Origin: Marinobacter sp. NP-4(2019) | GTDB lineage: Bacteria; Pseudomonadota; Gammaproteobacteria; Pseudomonadales; Oleiphilaceae | Direction of reading: 5' to 3' | DNA: 24,000 nt | Assembly (NCBI RefSeq): GCF_003994855.1 | Contig: NZ_CP034142.1 | Coordinates: 2,703,278 to 2,727,277, forward strand | Shown: positions 1-10,051 of the stretch, one piece after another | Layout of the letters: every line of letters starts with the position of its first letter | How positions within the stretch are numbered: the stretch's first letter is position 1 | Translations under genes and position numbers: made by a program | The notes under the pieces: generated by a model | Database searches by the model: none | Told to the model about the DNA's origin: nothing | What the model saw: the letters and a program-made list of their open reading frames with translations, nothing else

Positions 1-1
1 T

Positions 2-898
2 TATTTCGGAACGCTGACCTACTCCAACGCCACCACCGGCAAAGACGGCCACTCCCACATGTTCAGAGAGCCCTATAACGCCTGGATGAGCGCCAAAGCG
101 TTGAGCAAATACCTCACGACCAATCATGGAAATGATGAATATTTCTATATCACCGCCGATTACACCTGGGGCTGGTCTGTCGAGAAGTCCGTCAGGCAGT
201 TCACCGGCACGGAAGACAGCAATCGACACGCCGGCGTAAAAACCCCCTTCCCTCGCGCCCTGATCAGTGACTTCCGCGAAGCCCTCGAACAGGCTGAAGA
301 AAGTAACGCCAAGGTACTGATGATGGTACTGTTTGGTGACGATATGGTACGTGCCATTAACGTTGCCTACGAAATGGGACTGACCGAAAAAATGCAGGTC
401 GTCGTTCCGAACCTCACCCTGGGCATGGCCCGCCAGGTAGGCCCGACCATTATGGAAGGTATCGTAGGTGGAGTGCCTTGGGTATGGAATGCGCCTTACG
501 AATTCAATTATCCCCGTGGACAACAATTTGTAGAAGCCTTCTCGGCCCGTTACGAAATGCGCCCCTCCACGGCGGCAGCTTCCGCGTACAGCATTGTCTA
601 TCAATACAAGGACGCTGTAGAACGTGCCGGGACAACCAACACGGCATCAGTGATCCGGGCTCTGGAAGGCCACCGGTACAGTTTCCTCAAGGATGAGCAG
701 GTCTGGCGTGAATTTGATCACCAGAATGTGCAAACCGTGTATGTAGTCAAAATCCGCCCGCGCAACGATATTATCGCCGACGAATACAGCAGCGATTATT
801 TCGAGATCATCGATACCATGCCCGGCGATGAAGCAGCCCAGACCCGTGCTGAATGGGAGGCCCGTCGCAGGGAGGCCGGCAAGCCCCTGTCTCTTTGA
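2..898 (+). CDS. ABC transporter substrate-binding protein (type-I periplasmic binding fold, Leu/Ile/Val/amide-binding-like); 5'-truncated by the window edge
   Basis: The frame is open from nt 2 (YFGTLTYSNATTGKDGHSHM...), so the ATG at 59 is internal. The stop TGA is at 896-898. Overall sequence character matches Peripla_BP_6-type binding proteins. The family call is from recollection, not a search. Confidence 0.75.
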   Translation, partial: YFGTLTYSNATTGKDGHSHMFREPYNAWMSAKALSKYLTTNHGNDEYFYITADYTWGWSVEKSVRQFTGTEDSNRHAGVKTPFPRALISDFREALEQAEESNAKVLMMVLFGDDMVRAINVAYEMGLTEKMQVVVPNLTLGMARQVGPTIMEGIVGGVPWVWNAPYEFNYPRGQQFVEAFSARYEMRPSTAAASAYSIVYQYKDAVERAGTTNTASVIRALEGHRYSFLKDEQVWREFDHQNVQTVYVVKIRPRNDIIADEYSSDYFEIIDTMPGDEAAQTRAEWEARRREAGKPLSL

Positions 899-979
899 AC
901 CTGCCTGGTCGTTACCTTTAGCTAACGGCGTTATACTCGGATAAATGAACGGGTATACGCGCCAGGGAACGACCAGCTA

Positions 980-2506
980 ATGAAAGCACTACAGACAGAT
1001 TACGATGTCGTCGTTGTGGGCGGCGGCGTTAATGGCACGGGCATTGCCATGGACGCTGCCGGCAGGGGCTTGAGAGTCTTGCTGTGCGAGATGAACGATC
1101 TTGCGTCGGCAACTTCCTCCAGCAGCAGCAAACTCATTCACGGAGGGCTGCGCTATCTGGAGCATTACGAATTCAGACTGGTACGGGAAGCTTTGGCCGA
1201 ACGTGAAGCACTGCTGAAGAACTCACCACATATCATGTGGCCCATGCGCTTTCGCCTGCCCTACCGGGAACACCTGCGCCCAGCCTGGATGATACGCACC
1301 GGCCTTTTCCTGTATGACCACCTGGCCAAACGCGAACTCCTGCCAGGATCCCGCTCAATCCGATTCAATGACAGTGATCCATTGAAACCTGAAATCACGC
1401 GGGGGTTCGAGTACTCGGACGGATGGGTGGATGACGCCCGCCTGGTGATTCTGACCGCCCTTAAAGCCCAGGAGTGCGGGGCTACCGTCCTGACACGGAC
1501 CAAGTGTATCCGTGCAGAACGGGGTAAACAGCAGTGGCGCGTTACGCTGGAAAATACCATCGACGGCACGACCCGGACCGTCTCTGCGCAGGCCATGGTC
1601 AATGCCTCTGGCCCCTGGGTCAGCCGTTTGTTCAGCGATGCCTTATCCATGCCTGCCCCCAGGATGATCCGCATGGTCAAAGGCAGCCATATTGTGGTGC
1701 CACGTCTGAACAAGGATACCGAAGCCTACATCCTGCAGAATGAAGATGACCGTATCGTCTTCGTAATTCCCTACGAAGACCGATTTTCGCTGATCGGCAC
1801 CACGGATGTGGAATATGAGGGAGACCCGCGCGAGGCAACGATTTCAGAAGAAGAAACCCACTACCTTCTGGACATCGTGAACGCCCACTTCAAACATCAG
1901 TTAACGACAAGGGACGTGGTCTGGTCCTACTCCGGCGTTCGACCGTTAATGGACGACGAACAACAACCGGCCCAGAAGGCAAGCCGTGACTACTCCTTCG
2001 AAGTCGACGCCTCTGTTGAAGGGGCGCCGGTTATATCCGTGTTCGGGGGCAAGATCACCACTTACCGCAAACTGGCCGAAGCCGCCACCGATAAACTGTG
2101 CCAGTTCTTTCCGGAAACCGGTCAGGCCTGGACCCGGAACGCAGTATTACCCGGTGGTGACTTTACCAATCAGGCCACCCTGTACGCTCAATTGAAATCC
2201 CGTTGGCCATGGCTGCCTGAAGATCTGCTTGGTCGTTATGTGAGAACCTACGGCACCCGCTCACTCCAGGTTATGGACGGAATCAATGATCTGGAAGCCA
2301 TGGGAAGGCGATTTACCGGCAATCTGTACCAGAACGAAGTGGATTACCTGATGTCAGAGGAGTGGGCAATGACAGCGGAGGATATCCTGTGGCGGCGCAC
2401 CAAACAGGGCCTGTATGCGACAGCGAAGGACGTCGGGGAACTGGCCGCCTACCTGAAACTCAGGGCCGGAGAATCTCGCGTACCCGTAACTGAAGCTCCG
2501 GAATAA
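980..2506 (+). CDS. glpD: FAD-dependent aerobic glycerol-3-phosphate dehydrogenase
   Basis: 508 aa. The N-terminal dinucleotide-binding motif is DVVVVGGGVNGTGIAMDAAGRG, followed by SSKLIHGGLRYLEHYEFRLVREAL, which is typical of GlpD. Confidence 0.93.
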   Translation: MKALQTDYDVVVVGGGVNGTGIAMDAAGRGLRVLLCEMNDLASATSSSSSKLIHGGLRYLEHYEFRLVREALAEREALLKNSPHIMWPMRFRLPYREHLRPAWMIRTGLFLYDHLAKRELLPGSRSIRFNDSDPLKPEITRGFEYSDGWVDDARLVILTALKAQECGATVLTRTKCIRAERGKQQWRVTLENTIDGTTRTVSAQAMVNASGPWVSRLFSDALSMPAPRMIRMVKGSHIVVPRLNKDTEAYILQNEDDRIVFVIPYEDRFSLIGTTDVEYEGDPREATISEEETHYLLDIVNAHFKHQLTTRDVVWSYSGVRPLMDDEQQPAQKASRDYSFEVDASVEGAPVISVFGGKITTYRKLAEAATDKLCQFFPETGQAWTRNAVLPGGDFTNQATLYAQLKSRWPWLPEDLLGRYVRTYGTRSLQVMDGINDLEAMGRRFTGNLYQNEVDYLMSEEWAMTAEDILWRRTKQGLYATAKDVGELAAYLKLRAGESRVPVTEAPE

Positions 2507-3059
2507 CGTCCTGTTCAAACCAGGGATTACGCCGTAGCCACATATTGTTTCGCGGGCTGGGATGGGGCAACGGCAATACCTTTGGCCAGTCTTTTCTCCA
2601 GTCCTTAACATTATCGGTCACCGATTTTTTCGGATCCGACAAATGCCAGGCATGGGCATACTGTCCGATCACCAGCGTCAACTCTATGTGTTTCAGCCTG
2701 GCCAGCAACGCTTCCCGCCAGGCTGGCGCGCATTCGGGACGCGGTGGGAGATCACCGGACTTGCCGGTACCCGGGTAACAGAATCCCATGGGCAATATCG
2801 CCAGCTTGCTCTCATCGTAGAAGACGTCACGACTAACCCCCATCCAGTCTCGCAGCCGGTCGCCACTGGGATCATTGAACGGCAACCCGGTTTCATGAAC
2901 CCGCCGGCCCGGCGCCTGCCCGACCACCAGTATTCTGGAGGACTCGCTGAGCTGAATCACTGGCCTGGGTCCCAGCGGCAAATGCTCCGCGCACAAGGTG
3001 CAGCGGCGTACTCTGGTCACCAGTTCATCGAACGACAGTGAAGAATAGAGTTCTGTCAT
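2460..3059 (-). CDS. uracil-DNA glycosylase family protein (family 4/5-like)
   Basis: 199 aa. The CxxC-containing N-terminus (RRCTLCAEHLP) and the motifs VVGQAPG and GFCYPG recall UDG-superfamily proteins. The 3' end overlaps glpD convergently. Confidence 0.75.
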   Translation of the reverse strand: MTELYSSLSFDELVTRVRRCTLCAEHLPLGPRPVIQLSESSRILVVGQAPGRRVHETGLPFNDPSGDRLRDWMGVSRDVFYDESKLAILPMGFCYPGTGKSGDLPPRPECAPAWREALLARLKHIELTLVIGQYAHAWHLSDPKKSVTDNVKDWRKDWPKVLPLPHPSPRNNMWLRRNPWFEQDVIPELQLRVREILRP

Positions 3060-3104
3060 ATCGCCTTCCCCAAGCTTGCCAGTGTGCTCCAGAGCTGCCG
3101 AGGT

Positions 3105-4070
3105 TCAGACCTCCGGGTTTGCCAGCGCCTCCGCCGCTCCTAACAATCCAGTATAGGGCTCTGTCACCACATACACAGGAGTGGATTCCAGTAACGGACG
3201 CATACGGCCTTTGTCCTCAAAACCGCTACGAAACGAACTTTCCAGAAAGAAATCGAGAAAGCGCGGCAATACACCGCCACATAGGTATACACCTCCTGTA
3301 CTCCCCAGCGTCAGCACCCCGTTGCCGGCAACCCTGCCCAGCAGTTCGCAGAAATGGTGGAGGGTGTGGCGAGCAAGCCCGTCATTTTGTTCCAGCGCTG
3401 CTGCCGTGACTTTTTCCGGCGCGTCCAAAGGCGCCGGTACACCCTGTATCTCGGCGTGCGCCTGGTAGAGATTCAACAACCCCTGCCCGCACAGCAGCCG
3501 CTCCACAGACACCCGGCCAAACCTTGCTTTCAGAATTCGCAGTATGGCCATTTCGGTTTCATCGGTTGGTGCGAAGTCGACATGACCACCCTCGGTCATC
3601 AGCGGTACCCAGCCGTCACTGATAGGTACAAGGCCGGATACGCCAAGCCCGGTTCCCGGCCCCATCACCAGCCTTGCACGACGGTTGTCACCAGGCCCAC
3701 CACAGACATGTACAAGATGCTCTTGCGAAACGTGAAGAACACCCAGAGCCATCGCGGTGAAATCATTGATCACCTTGAAGGCCCGCCAACCGAACTGTTG
3801 GCGAATCTCCTCGATATCAAAGCGCCAATGATTGTTGGTCATACGGATCTGGCCTCCCGAAACCGGCGACGCCACGGCAAAGCAGGCCTCACCGACCTCG
3901 GCAACCCCCACCCTGGCGAGATAATCCACCACCGCGTTGTCCAGATTGTCGTATTCACCACAGGTCAGGATCTCGATCGCCCGGGGCTCGACACTGCCAC
4001 GTTCCACCAGCGCAAAGCGCGCGTTGGTGCCACCGATATCACCCACCAGGGAATAGTGTGTTGCTGTCAT
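3105..4070 (-). CDS. glk: glucokinase
   Basis: 321 aa. The N-terminal ATP-binding motif is [15 protein letters not shown]. The start ATG overlaps the edd stop (ATGA at 4067-4070). Confidence 0.93.
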   Translation of the reverse strand: MTATHYSLVGDIGGTNARFALVERGSVEPRAIEILTCGEYDNLDNAVVDYLARVGVAEVGEACFAVASPVSGGQIRMTNNHWRFDIEEIRQQFGWRAFKVINDFTAMALGVLHVSQEHLVHVCGGPGDNRRARLVMGPGTGLGVSGLVPISDGWVPLMTEGGHVDFAPTDETEMAILRILKARFGRVSVERLLCGQGLLNLYQAHAEIQGVPAPLDAPEKVTAAALEQNDGLARHTLHHFCELLGRVAGNGVLTLGSTGGVYLCGGVLPRFLDFFLESSFRSGFEDKGRMRPLLESTPVYVVTEPYTGLLGAAEALANPEV

Positions 4071-5887
4071 GCCTCATGATTCCAGAAAAAGCTGGCACCT
4101 TCCTCGGGATTGCTGGCCGCACGGCGCATCCAGCCAAACAGCTCCCGACCGTAACCGTGATGATACCCGGTCAGATCCGCTTTTACAGATTCACGGGCCG
4201 CAAATTCCTGTTGGTCCACCTCAATAGACAGCCTGCCTCTCTCGGCATCCAGGCAGACCAGATCACCGTTCTTGACCCTGGACAGCGGACCACCATCCAG
4301 CGCTTCTGGATATACATGAATGGCCGCAGGCACTTTACCGGAGGCGCCGGACATGCGGCCGTCGGTCACCAGGCCAACCTTGAACCCCCGATCCTGCAGC
4401 ACCCCCAGGTATGGCGTCAGTTTGTGTAGCTCGGGCATACCGTTGGATTTCGGTCCCTGGAAGCGGACAACCACCACGCAGTCCTTATCCAGATCGCCGG
4501 CCTCAAACGCCGCTTTCAGTTCGTTCTGATCATTGAACACAACGGCCGGCGCTTCCACGGTTCGATGTTCCCTGGCAACGGCGGACACCTTGATCACGCC
4601 CCGGCCCAGATTGCCGTCCAGGACCCTCAGCCCGCCATCCGGCGCAAACGGTTCCGTCGCGGAGCTGAGCACATCGGGCAGCAGACTTTTCTCAGGGGCT
4701 GGCCGCCAGACCAGTTTATCGCCTTCAAGATCCGGCATTTGGGTGTAACGCTCAAGACCGTGCCCAACAACCGTTTCCACGTCGTTGTGGAGGTAACCGG
4801 CGTCGAGCAATTCACGAATCAGGAACGGCGTGCCGCCGGCCTCATGGAACGCGTTTACGTCTTCCTGGCCGTTGGGGTATATACGGGTCATCGATGGAAC
4901 AACGGAGGACAACTCCGCGTAATCATTCCAGTCAATGATGATGCCCGCTGCCCGGGCAATGGCGATCCAATGGATGGTGTGGTTGGTGGAGCCACCGGTC
5001 ACCAGCAGGGCAACGATTGCATTCACTATGCTCTTCTCGTCAACCATGTCGCCCAGGCCAAGCTCACCACCGTGGGGCTTGGACAGCTTGATGACCTGCT
5101 CCGTAGCGGCACGGGTAAGCTGGTCACGCAACGGTGTATTCGGATTAACAAAAGCCGCTCCTGGCAAATGCAGCCCCATCACTTCCACCAGAAGCTGATT
5201 GCTGTTGGCGGTTCCGTAAAAAGTGCAGGTTCCCGGGCTGTGATAGGACTTGCTCTCGGCTTCCAGCAGCTCGTCCTTACCCACCTTGCCTTCCGCGTAC
5301 AGCTGGCGAATCCGCTGCTTCTCCTTGTTGGGTAGCCCCGAAGGCATCGGACCGGCAGGCACCAGAATGGTCGGCAGGTAGCCAAAGCTCAGGGAGCCGA
5401 TCAGCAGCCCCGGCACAATCTTGTCACAAATACCCAACAACAACGTGGCATCAAACATATTGTGGCTCAGGGCCACCGCTGTACTCATCGCGATGGTGTC
5501 CCGGGAGAAGAGACTCAACTCCATACCCGGCTGCCCCTGGGTCACCCCGTCACACATGGCGGGAGTCCCGCCGGCAACCTGGGCAACCGACCCCATCCCT
5601 CGAGCCGCTTCACGAATCGCATCCGGGAACTTTTCATAGGGTTGATGGGCCGAAAGCATATCGTTGTAGGCGGAAACGATTGCCACATTCGCCTTGTTCA
5701 TGAACTTCAGGGTGTCCTTGTCCCCCTGATTACACGCGGCGAAACCGTGGGCCAGGTTACCGCAGGAGAGTGAGCTCCGGTGTGGCGACTGGGCTTTGAG
5801 TTCGTTCATGCGGCTGAGGTAGTCCTGCCGGCTGGCACGGCTGCGCTCAATGATTCTCTGTGTCACCTTGTCAACGGTCGGATGCAT
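4067..5887 (-). CDS. edd: phosphogluconate dehydratase (Entner-Doudoroff)
   Basis: IlvD/Edd-family sequence throughout ([20 protein letters not shown]). I place the start at ATG 5887 ([16 protein letters not shown]...) because GGAG lies 6 nt upstream and this matches the usual Edd N-terminus. The ORF track's 5923 start has no SD. Confidence 0.9.
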   Translation of the reverse strand: MHPTVDKVTQRIIERSRASRQDYLSRMNELKAQSPHRSSLSCGNLAHGFAACNQGDKDTLKFMNKANVAIVSAYNDMLSAHQPYEKFPDAIREAARGMGSVAQVAGGTPAMCDGVTQGQPGMELSLFSRDTIAMSTAVALSHNMFDATLLLGICDKIVPGLLIGSLSFGYLPTILVPAGPMPSGLPNKEKQRIRQLYAEGKVGKDELLEAESKSYHSPGTCTFYGTANSNQLLVEVMGLHLPGAAFVNPNTPLRDQLTRAATEQVIKLSKPHGGELGLGDMVDEKSIVNAIVALLVTGGSTNHTIHWIAIARAAGIIIDWNDYAELSSVVPSMTRIYPNGQEDVNAFHEAGGTPFLIRELLDAGYLHNDVETVVGHGLERYTQMPDLEGDKLVWRPAPEKSLLPDVLSSATEPFAPDGGLRVLDGNLGRGVIKVSAVAREHRTVEAPAVVFNDQNELKAAFEAGDLDKDCVVVVRFQGPKSNGMPELHKLTPYLGVLQDRGFKVGLVTDGRMSGASGKVPAAIHVYPEALDGGPLSRVKNGDLVCLDAERGRLSIEVDQQEFAARESVKADLTGYHHGYGRELFGWMRRAASNPEEGASFFWNHEA

Positions 5888-5990
5888 GGCGGGCTCCATA
5901 GCAAATATTATTAATGACGTCATTTTTAGACGTAATTTTACTTTCTTTTTTTGGTGATTTCACCCATTAATCGTTCATTTCTTCTCTTTT

Positions 5991-6009
5991 TGTTGTTATA
6001 TTTACTACA
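5991..6009. promoter_or_regulatory. candidate HexR-type operator in the edd/gap divergent region
   Basis: TGTTGT-TATATTT-ACTACA is an imperfect dyad with one mismatch between half-sites. It resembles the TTGT-N7/8-ACAA architecture reported for HexR operators at ED/gap promoters. No hexR gene is present in the window. Confidence 0.3.
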
Positions 6010-6056
6010 TCGGAATCGTAAATTGGTCGAAAAACAACCACAAGAGGAGTCAGAAA

Positions 6057-7061
6057 ATGACTATTCGCATAGCGATCAACGGTTTTGGCCGCATAGGACG
6101 CAATGTCCTTCGCGCCCTTTATGAAAACAACTACCGGAATCAGATTCAGGTCGTCGCCATTAACGATCTTGGCGATGCTGAAACCAATGCCCATCTGCTC
6201 AAGTATGACAGCGTTCATGGTCGTTTTGATGGCGTGGTTAACCACGATGCAGAGTCGCTGACTGTTAACGGCGACCGCATTGCTATTACCGCCATCCGCA
6301 ACCCCGAAGAATTGCCGTGGAAAGATTTTCATATCGATGTGGTCTTCGAGTGCACCGGGCTCTTCACCAAACGTGCCCAGGCTCAGTCTCACCTGACGGC
6401 TGGCGCCCGCAAGGTGATCATTTCCGCGCCCTCACCCGACGCCGACGCCACTGTGGTGTACGGCGTTAATCACGACAGCCTGACCGCGAGCGACGACATC
6501 ATTTCCAACGCGTCCTGCACCACCAATTGCCTGGCGCCGGTGGCGGAAGCACTCCACAAGGCCGTCGGTATTGAAAGCGGCCTGATGACCACCATCCACT
6601 CCTACACCAATGACCAGAAACTGAGCGACGTATACCACTCGGACCTGTACCGGGCCCGCTCGGCAACCCAGTCGATGATTCCCACCAAAACCGGCGCGGC
6701 CGCCGCCATCGGCAAGGTCATTCCCGAGCTTAACGGAAAGTTGGACGGATTGGCGGTAAGAGTGCCCACCATCAACGTATCGCTGGTTGATTTCGGCTTT
6801 ATTGCCAGCCGGGAAACCTCCGTGGAAGAAATTAATGAGGCGGTCAGGGTGGCAGCAGAGGACAACCCTGTATTGGGTTACAACACCGAAAAGCTGGTGA
6901 GCGTGGACTTCAACCATAACGCGCTTTCCAGTGTTTTTGATGCCAACCACACACGGGTACTCGGCCGTCATGTAAAAGTCATGGCCTGGTACGACAATGA
7001 GTGGGGTTTTTCGAACAGAATGCTGGATAATGCCATCGCCCTGATCAAAGCCGGCCAGTAA
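6057..7061 (+). CDS. gap: type I glyceraldehyde-3-phosphate dehydrogenase
   Basis: 334 aa. Motifs are INGFGRIGR (NAD-binding) and [12 protein letters not shown] (catalytic Cys). The RBS AGAGGAG lies upstream of the ATG. Confidence 0.95.
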   Translation: MTIRIAINGFGRIGRNVLRALYENNYRNQIQVVAINDLGDAETNAHLLKYDSVHGRFDGVVNHDAESLTVNGDRIAITAIRNPEELPWKDFHIDVVFECTGLFTKRAQAQSHLTAGARKVIISAPSPDADATVVYGVNHDSLTASDDIISNASCTTNCLAPVAEALHKAVGIESGLMTTIHSYTNDQKLSDVYHSDLYRARSATQSMIPTKTGAAAAIGKVIPELNGKLDGLAVRVPTINVSLVDFGFIASRETSVEEINEAVRVAAEDNPVLGYNTEKLVSVDFNHNALSSVFDANHTRVLGRHVKVMAWYDNEWGFSNRMLDNAIALIKAGQ

Positions 7062-7128
7062 ACCTGGTCGGCTGGCGCATATCCACTACCCTGTCGGAAG
7101 GCCTCCCATTAAACAAAGGACACCAAAC

Positions 7129-8577
7129 ATGCTCAGGCGTACCAAAATTGTCGCCACCCTCGGACCCGCAACCGATTCCCCGGAAGCCCTCGCCGCCATT
7201 ATTGAAGCAGGCGTTGACGTAACCCGACTGAACTTTTCCCATGGCAGCGCCGAGGAGCACATCGACCGTGCTCGCCGCGTCCGCGAAACAGCCGCCAGCC
7301 AGAACCGTTTCGTTGCACTTCTGGCGGATCTTCAGGGCCCTAAACTCCGTATTGCCCGCTTTACGGACAACAAAGTCACTCTGAAGGCAGGTCAGACGTT
7401 CATCCTGGACGCCGGGATGGATAAAGAAGCCGGCACCGAAGAGCGCGTGGGTATCGATTACGAGCAACTCATTCAGGACGTGGAGCCCGGCGACATCCTG
7501 GTTCTGGATGACGGTCGCATCGAAATGGAGGTGACCTCGGTCGACGCCACCAGTATTACCTCCACGGTCCTTATCGGCGGCCCCCTGTCCAACAACAAGG
7601 GGCTGAACAAGCGCGGTGGTGGCCTGTCCGCCGATGCCCTGACCGAAAAGGACAAACAGGACATCGTGACGGCGGCCCGCCTCGGTGCGGACTACGTGGC
7701 GGTGTCATTCGTTCGAACCGCAGAAGACATGCATACCGCACGCCGACTGTTGACGGAAGCCGGCTCCGATGCAGGACTGGTCGCCAAGATCGAACGCGCG
7801 GAACTCGCCCATGACGTGGACGCCCTGGACGCTGTGATCGAAGCTTCGGATGCCGTGATGGTTGCCCGTGGCGACCTGGCAGTGGAGATTGGCGATGCCG
7901 AACTGGTCGGTGTGCAAAAGCACATTATCTCCCGCGCCCGCGTGCTGAACCGCGCCGTCATCACCGCCACCCAGATGATGGAGTCAATGATTACCAGCCC
8001 CATGCCCACACGGGCCGAAGTTTCCGACGTGGCCAATGCGGTCATGGATTACACCGATGCGGTGATGTTGTCTGCGGAAACCGCCGTTGGTGACTACCCG
8101 ACAGAAGCGGTGGAAGCCATGGTGCGCATCTGTCTGGGCGCCGAAAAGCAGCCTTCCATGCATCAGTCGAAGCACCGCATTCACGAGAGCATGGAGAAGG
8201 TGGACGAAGCCATTGCGTTGTCTGCCATGTATGCCGCCAACCACCTGGAAGGCGTGTCTGCGATCATCTGCATGACCGAAACCGGCGCCACGCCACGACT
8301 GATGTCCCGCATCAAGTCGAGCCTGCCGATTTTCGCCTTTTCCCGCCACCACTCCACCCAGCACCGGGTTGCGTTGCTCCGCGGCGTTCAGACCGTTCCG
8401 TTTGATTCGGCGAAGATTCCAAACGAGCGCACCAACGCGTTGGCGGTCTCCGAACTGATCAATCGACAGGTAGTCAAGGACGGAGACCTGGTGGTGATGA
8501 CCAAGGGCGACTACGTGAATGCCCAGGGTGGGACCAACACCATGAAAATCGTTCGGGTCGGGCAGGATATTCGCTGA
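7129..8577 (+). CDS. pyk: pyruvate kinase
   Basis: 482 aa. Motifs include [17 protein letters not shown] and [12 protein letters not shown]. The RBS is AAGGA. Confidence 0.95.
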   Translation: MLRRTKIVATLGPATDSPEALAAIIEAGVDVTRLNFSHGSAEEHIDRARRVRETAASQNRFVALLADLQGPKLRIARFTDNKVTLKAGQTFILDAGMDKEAGTEERVGIDYEQLIQDVEPGDILVLDDGRIEMEVTSVDATSITSTVLIGGPLSNNKGLNKRGGGLSADALTEKDKQDIVTAARLGADYVAVSFVRTAEDMHTARRLLTEAGSDAGLVAKIERAELAHDVDALDAVIEASDAVMVARGDLAVEIGDAELVGVQKHIISRARVLNRAVITATQMMESMITSPMPTRAEVSDVANAVMDYTDAVMLSAETAVGDYPTEAVEAMVRICLGAEKQPSMHQSKHRIHESMEKVDEAIALSAMYAANHLEGVSAIICMTETGATPRLMSRIKSSLPIFAFSRHHSTQHRVALLRGVQTVPFDSAKIPNERTNALAVSELINRQVVKDGDLVVMTKGDYVNAQGGTNTMKIVRVGQDIR

Positions 8578-8601
8578 TAGCTTTTTGGCAACTCTTCATA
8601 T

Positions 8602-9549
8602 TCATGTTGTGAAGAACTCCAGGAAGTAACTGTACAACCCGATACCAATCAACACGTTGAATGGAAAGGTAACGCCGAGAGAGGCCAGCATCGCCAGGCC
8701 AATATCGGCGTCGGGAATGGCATGCCTTACCGCTACGGGCGCCGCAATATAAGAGGCGCTCGCGGTAAGGGTGCCCAGGACCACAACTGTTCCGGGCTCC
8801 AACCCCAGCCAATGACCGGTTATCAGCCCGGGCAGGGAGAGAAGCGGCGGCATACACAGCGCAAATGCGATCAACCGCCAGTGTCGGAGCTGCACTTTTC
8901 GCAGGGTTTCTGCCGCTACGAGGCCCATTTCAAGAAGGAACAGGGACAGCACCAGAGAAAAAGCGCCCGTCAGGGGTGCTGTAACACCATCTCCCTTGTC
9001 GGGTCCGTAAAGGATTCCGATAACCACGCCGCCGACCAACAAGACCACGCTTCGATTGGTCAGGGTTTCCTGCCAAAGTGGTGTTCCCGCACTGGTGGAC
9101 TGGGCAGCCTCCTGAGTACAACGACGGTACAACCAAAGGCCGGTCAGGATCGCAGGCAACTCCAGCAACACCAGATAGAGGGTAACCTGCCCTCCGGTTG
9201 CCAATCCCCGGGCCTCAACCCAGGCCAACGCAACTGCAAAGGTACCCGCACTTACGGATCCGTAGTGAGCGCAAAAGCTGGCAGCATCCGCCACATTCAA
9301 ACGAACCAGATGCCGTAGCATCGGAAACAGCGCAAGGGGAATAGCAAAACCCAGCGCCATGATTGCCAACACTTCAGTCACCAGTCCCCAATGCAGGTTA
9401 CCGTGCAGGGCCATGCCACCTTTGAGGCCGATGGTCAGCATCAGCAGCAGACTGAGAACATCGTACGCTGCCTTGGGAATCGTCAGGTCCGAACGTAAGG
9501 TTCCGGCAATCACGCCGAGCAGGAAGAACATCACGATGATGTCAGGCAT
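8602..9549 (-). CDS. sodium-dependent bicarbonate transport (Sbt_1/DUF897) family permease
   Basis: Polytopic membrane protein whose N-terminus is PDIIVMFFLLGVIAGTLRSDLTIPKAAYDVLSLLLMLTIGLKGG, typical of this family. I prefer ATG 9549 over the track's TTG 9558, because GGAG sits 10 nt upstream of the ATG. Confidence 0.8.
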   Translation of the reverse strand: MPDIIVMFFLLGVIAGTLRSDLTIPKAAYDVLSLLLMLTIGLKGGMALHGNLHWGLVTEVLAIMALGFAIPLALFPMLRHLVRLNVADAASFCAHYGSVSAGTFAVALAWVEARGLATGGQVTLYLVLLELPAILTGLWLYRRCTQEAAQSTSAGTPLWQETLTNRSVVLLVGGVVIGILYGPDKGDGVTAPLTGAFSLVLSLFLLEMGLVAAETLRKVQLRHWRLIAFALCMPPLLSLPGLITGHWLGLEPGTVVVLGTLTASASYIAAPVAVRHAIPDADIGLAMLASLGVTFPFNVLIGIGLYSYFLEFFTT

Positions 9550-9566
9550 TTCTATCAAACTCCGCT

Positions 9567-9590
9567 AAAACAAAGGGCCCCGCAGGGCCC
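9567..9590 (-). terminator. Rho-independent terminator
   Basis: On the minus strand the stem is GGGCCC-TGCG-GGGCCC (9590-9575), followed by TTTGTTTT (9574-9567). It sits directly after the stop of the 9610-9972 gene and before the permease start. Confidence 0.7.
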
Positions 9591-9609
9591 TCTTTAAAAT
9601 CAGAATAAT

Positions 9610-9972
9610 CTACGCAGATCCCGCCTGATGATAGGCTGGCCGGAACAGCACAGGACTTACCTGAGACTTCGTCACAGGATCTGAATCGGTTGTGGCCTCG
9701 GCCACCTCAAAAACATGGTAGGCCTCGGGGCCAAACGGATCGAGTGCGGTATCCAGGTACTGGTAACTGGCCGGTACCGGATCGCCCGAATACACCACCA
9801 GAAATTGCCGCTCTACCACCGGTATATCGACGTTCAAGGGCTGTTCCACCCAAAGGTAAACACCTTTCTGAGGTACCACGTACTCGCAGCGAACCACACG
9901 ATACCCCTTTCGGAGCTTCAGAGTATTGGGTTCTTTTCCGCTCTCAAGACGAAACTTGTGAATCGTTTTCAT
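9610..9972 (-). CDS. hypothetical small protein (120 aa), probably beta-rich; family uncertain
   Basis: The start is set at ATG 9972 (MKTIHKFRLE...), which has AAGGAGAA 6 nt upstream. The track's 10014 start adds an unsupported extension. The pattern resembles small phage-associated DUF proteins (MxIxKYxL...YLW...) from memory only. Confidence 0.6.
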   Translation of the reverse strand: MKTIHKFRLESGKEPNTLKLRKGYRVVRCEYVVPQKGVYLWVEQPLNVDIPVVERQFLVVYSGDPVPASYQYLDTALDPFGPEAYHVFEVAEATTDSDPVTKSQVSPVLFRPAYHQAGSA

Positions 9973-10051
9973 GGCCGGTTCTCCTTCTGTGGAACACAAT
10001 GCCATCATCCACAATCAATAAATCGAAAGGAACATAGTTTTTTCTGGTTTT

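Noticed and set aside
3354-4079. Long antisense ORFs in the six-frame track. Examples are 3354-4079+, 4565-5335+, 6432-6971-, 8722-9318+, 11107-11955+, 14600-15334+, 15573-16079+, 16262-16879+, 17754-18431+, 18525-19148+, 19245-20231+, 20235-20774+ and 21049-21678+.
   Set aside because: Each lies entirely opposite a gene with clear family motifs. Their translations are Arg/Pro/Gly-rich and low in information, as expected for shadow ORFs in high-GC DNA. None has a convincing RBS.
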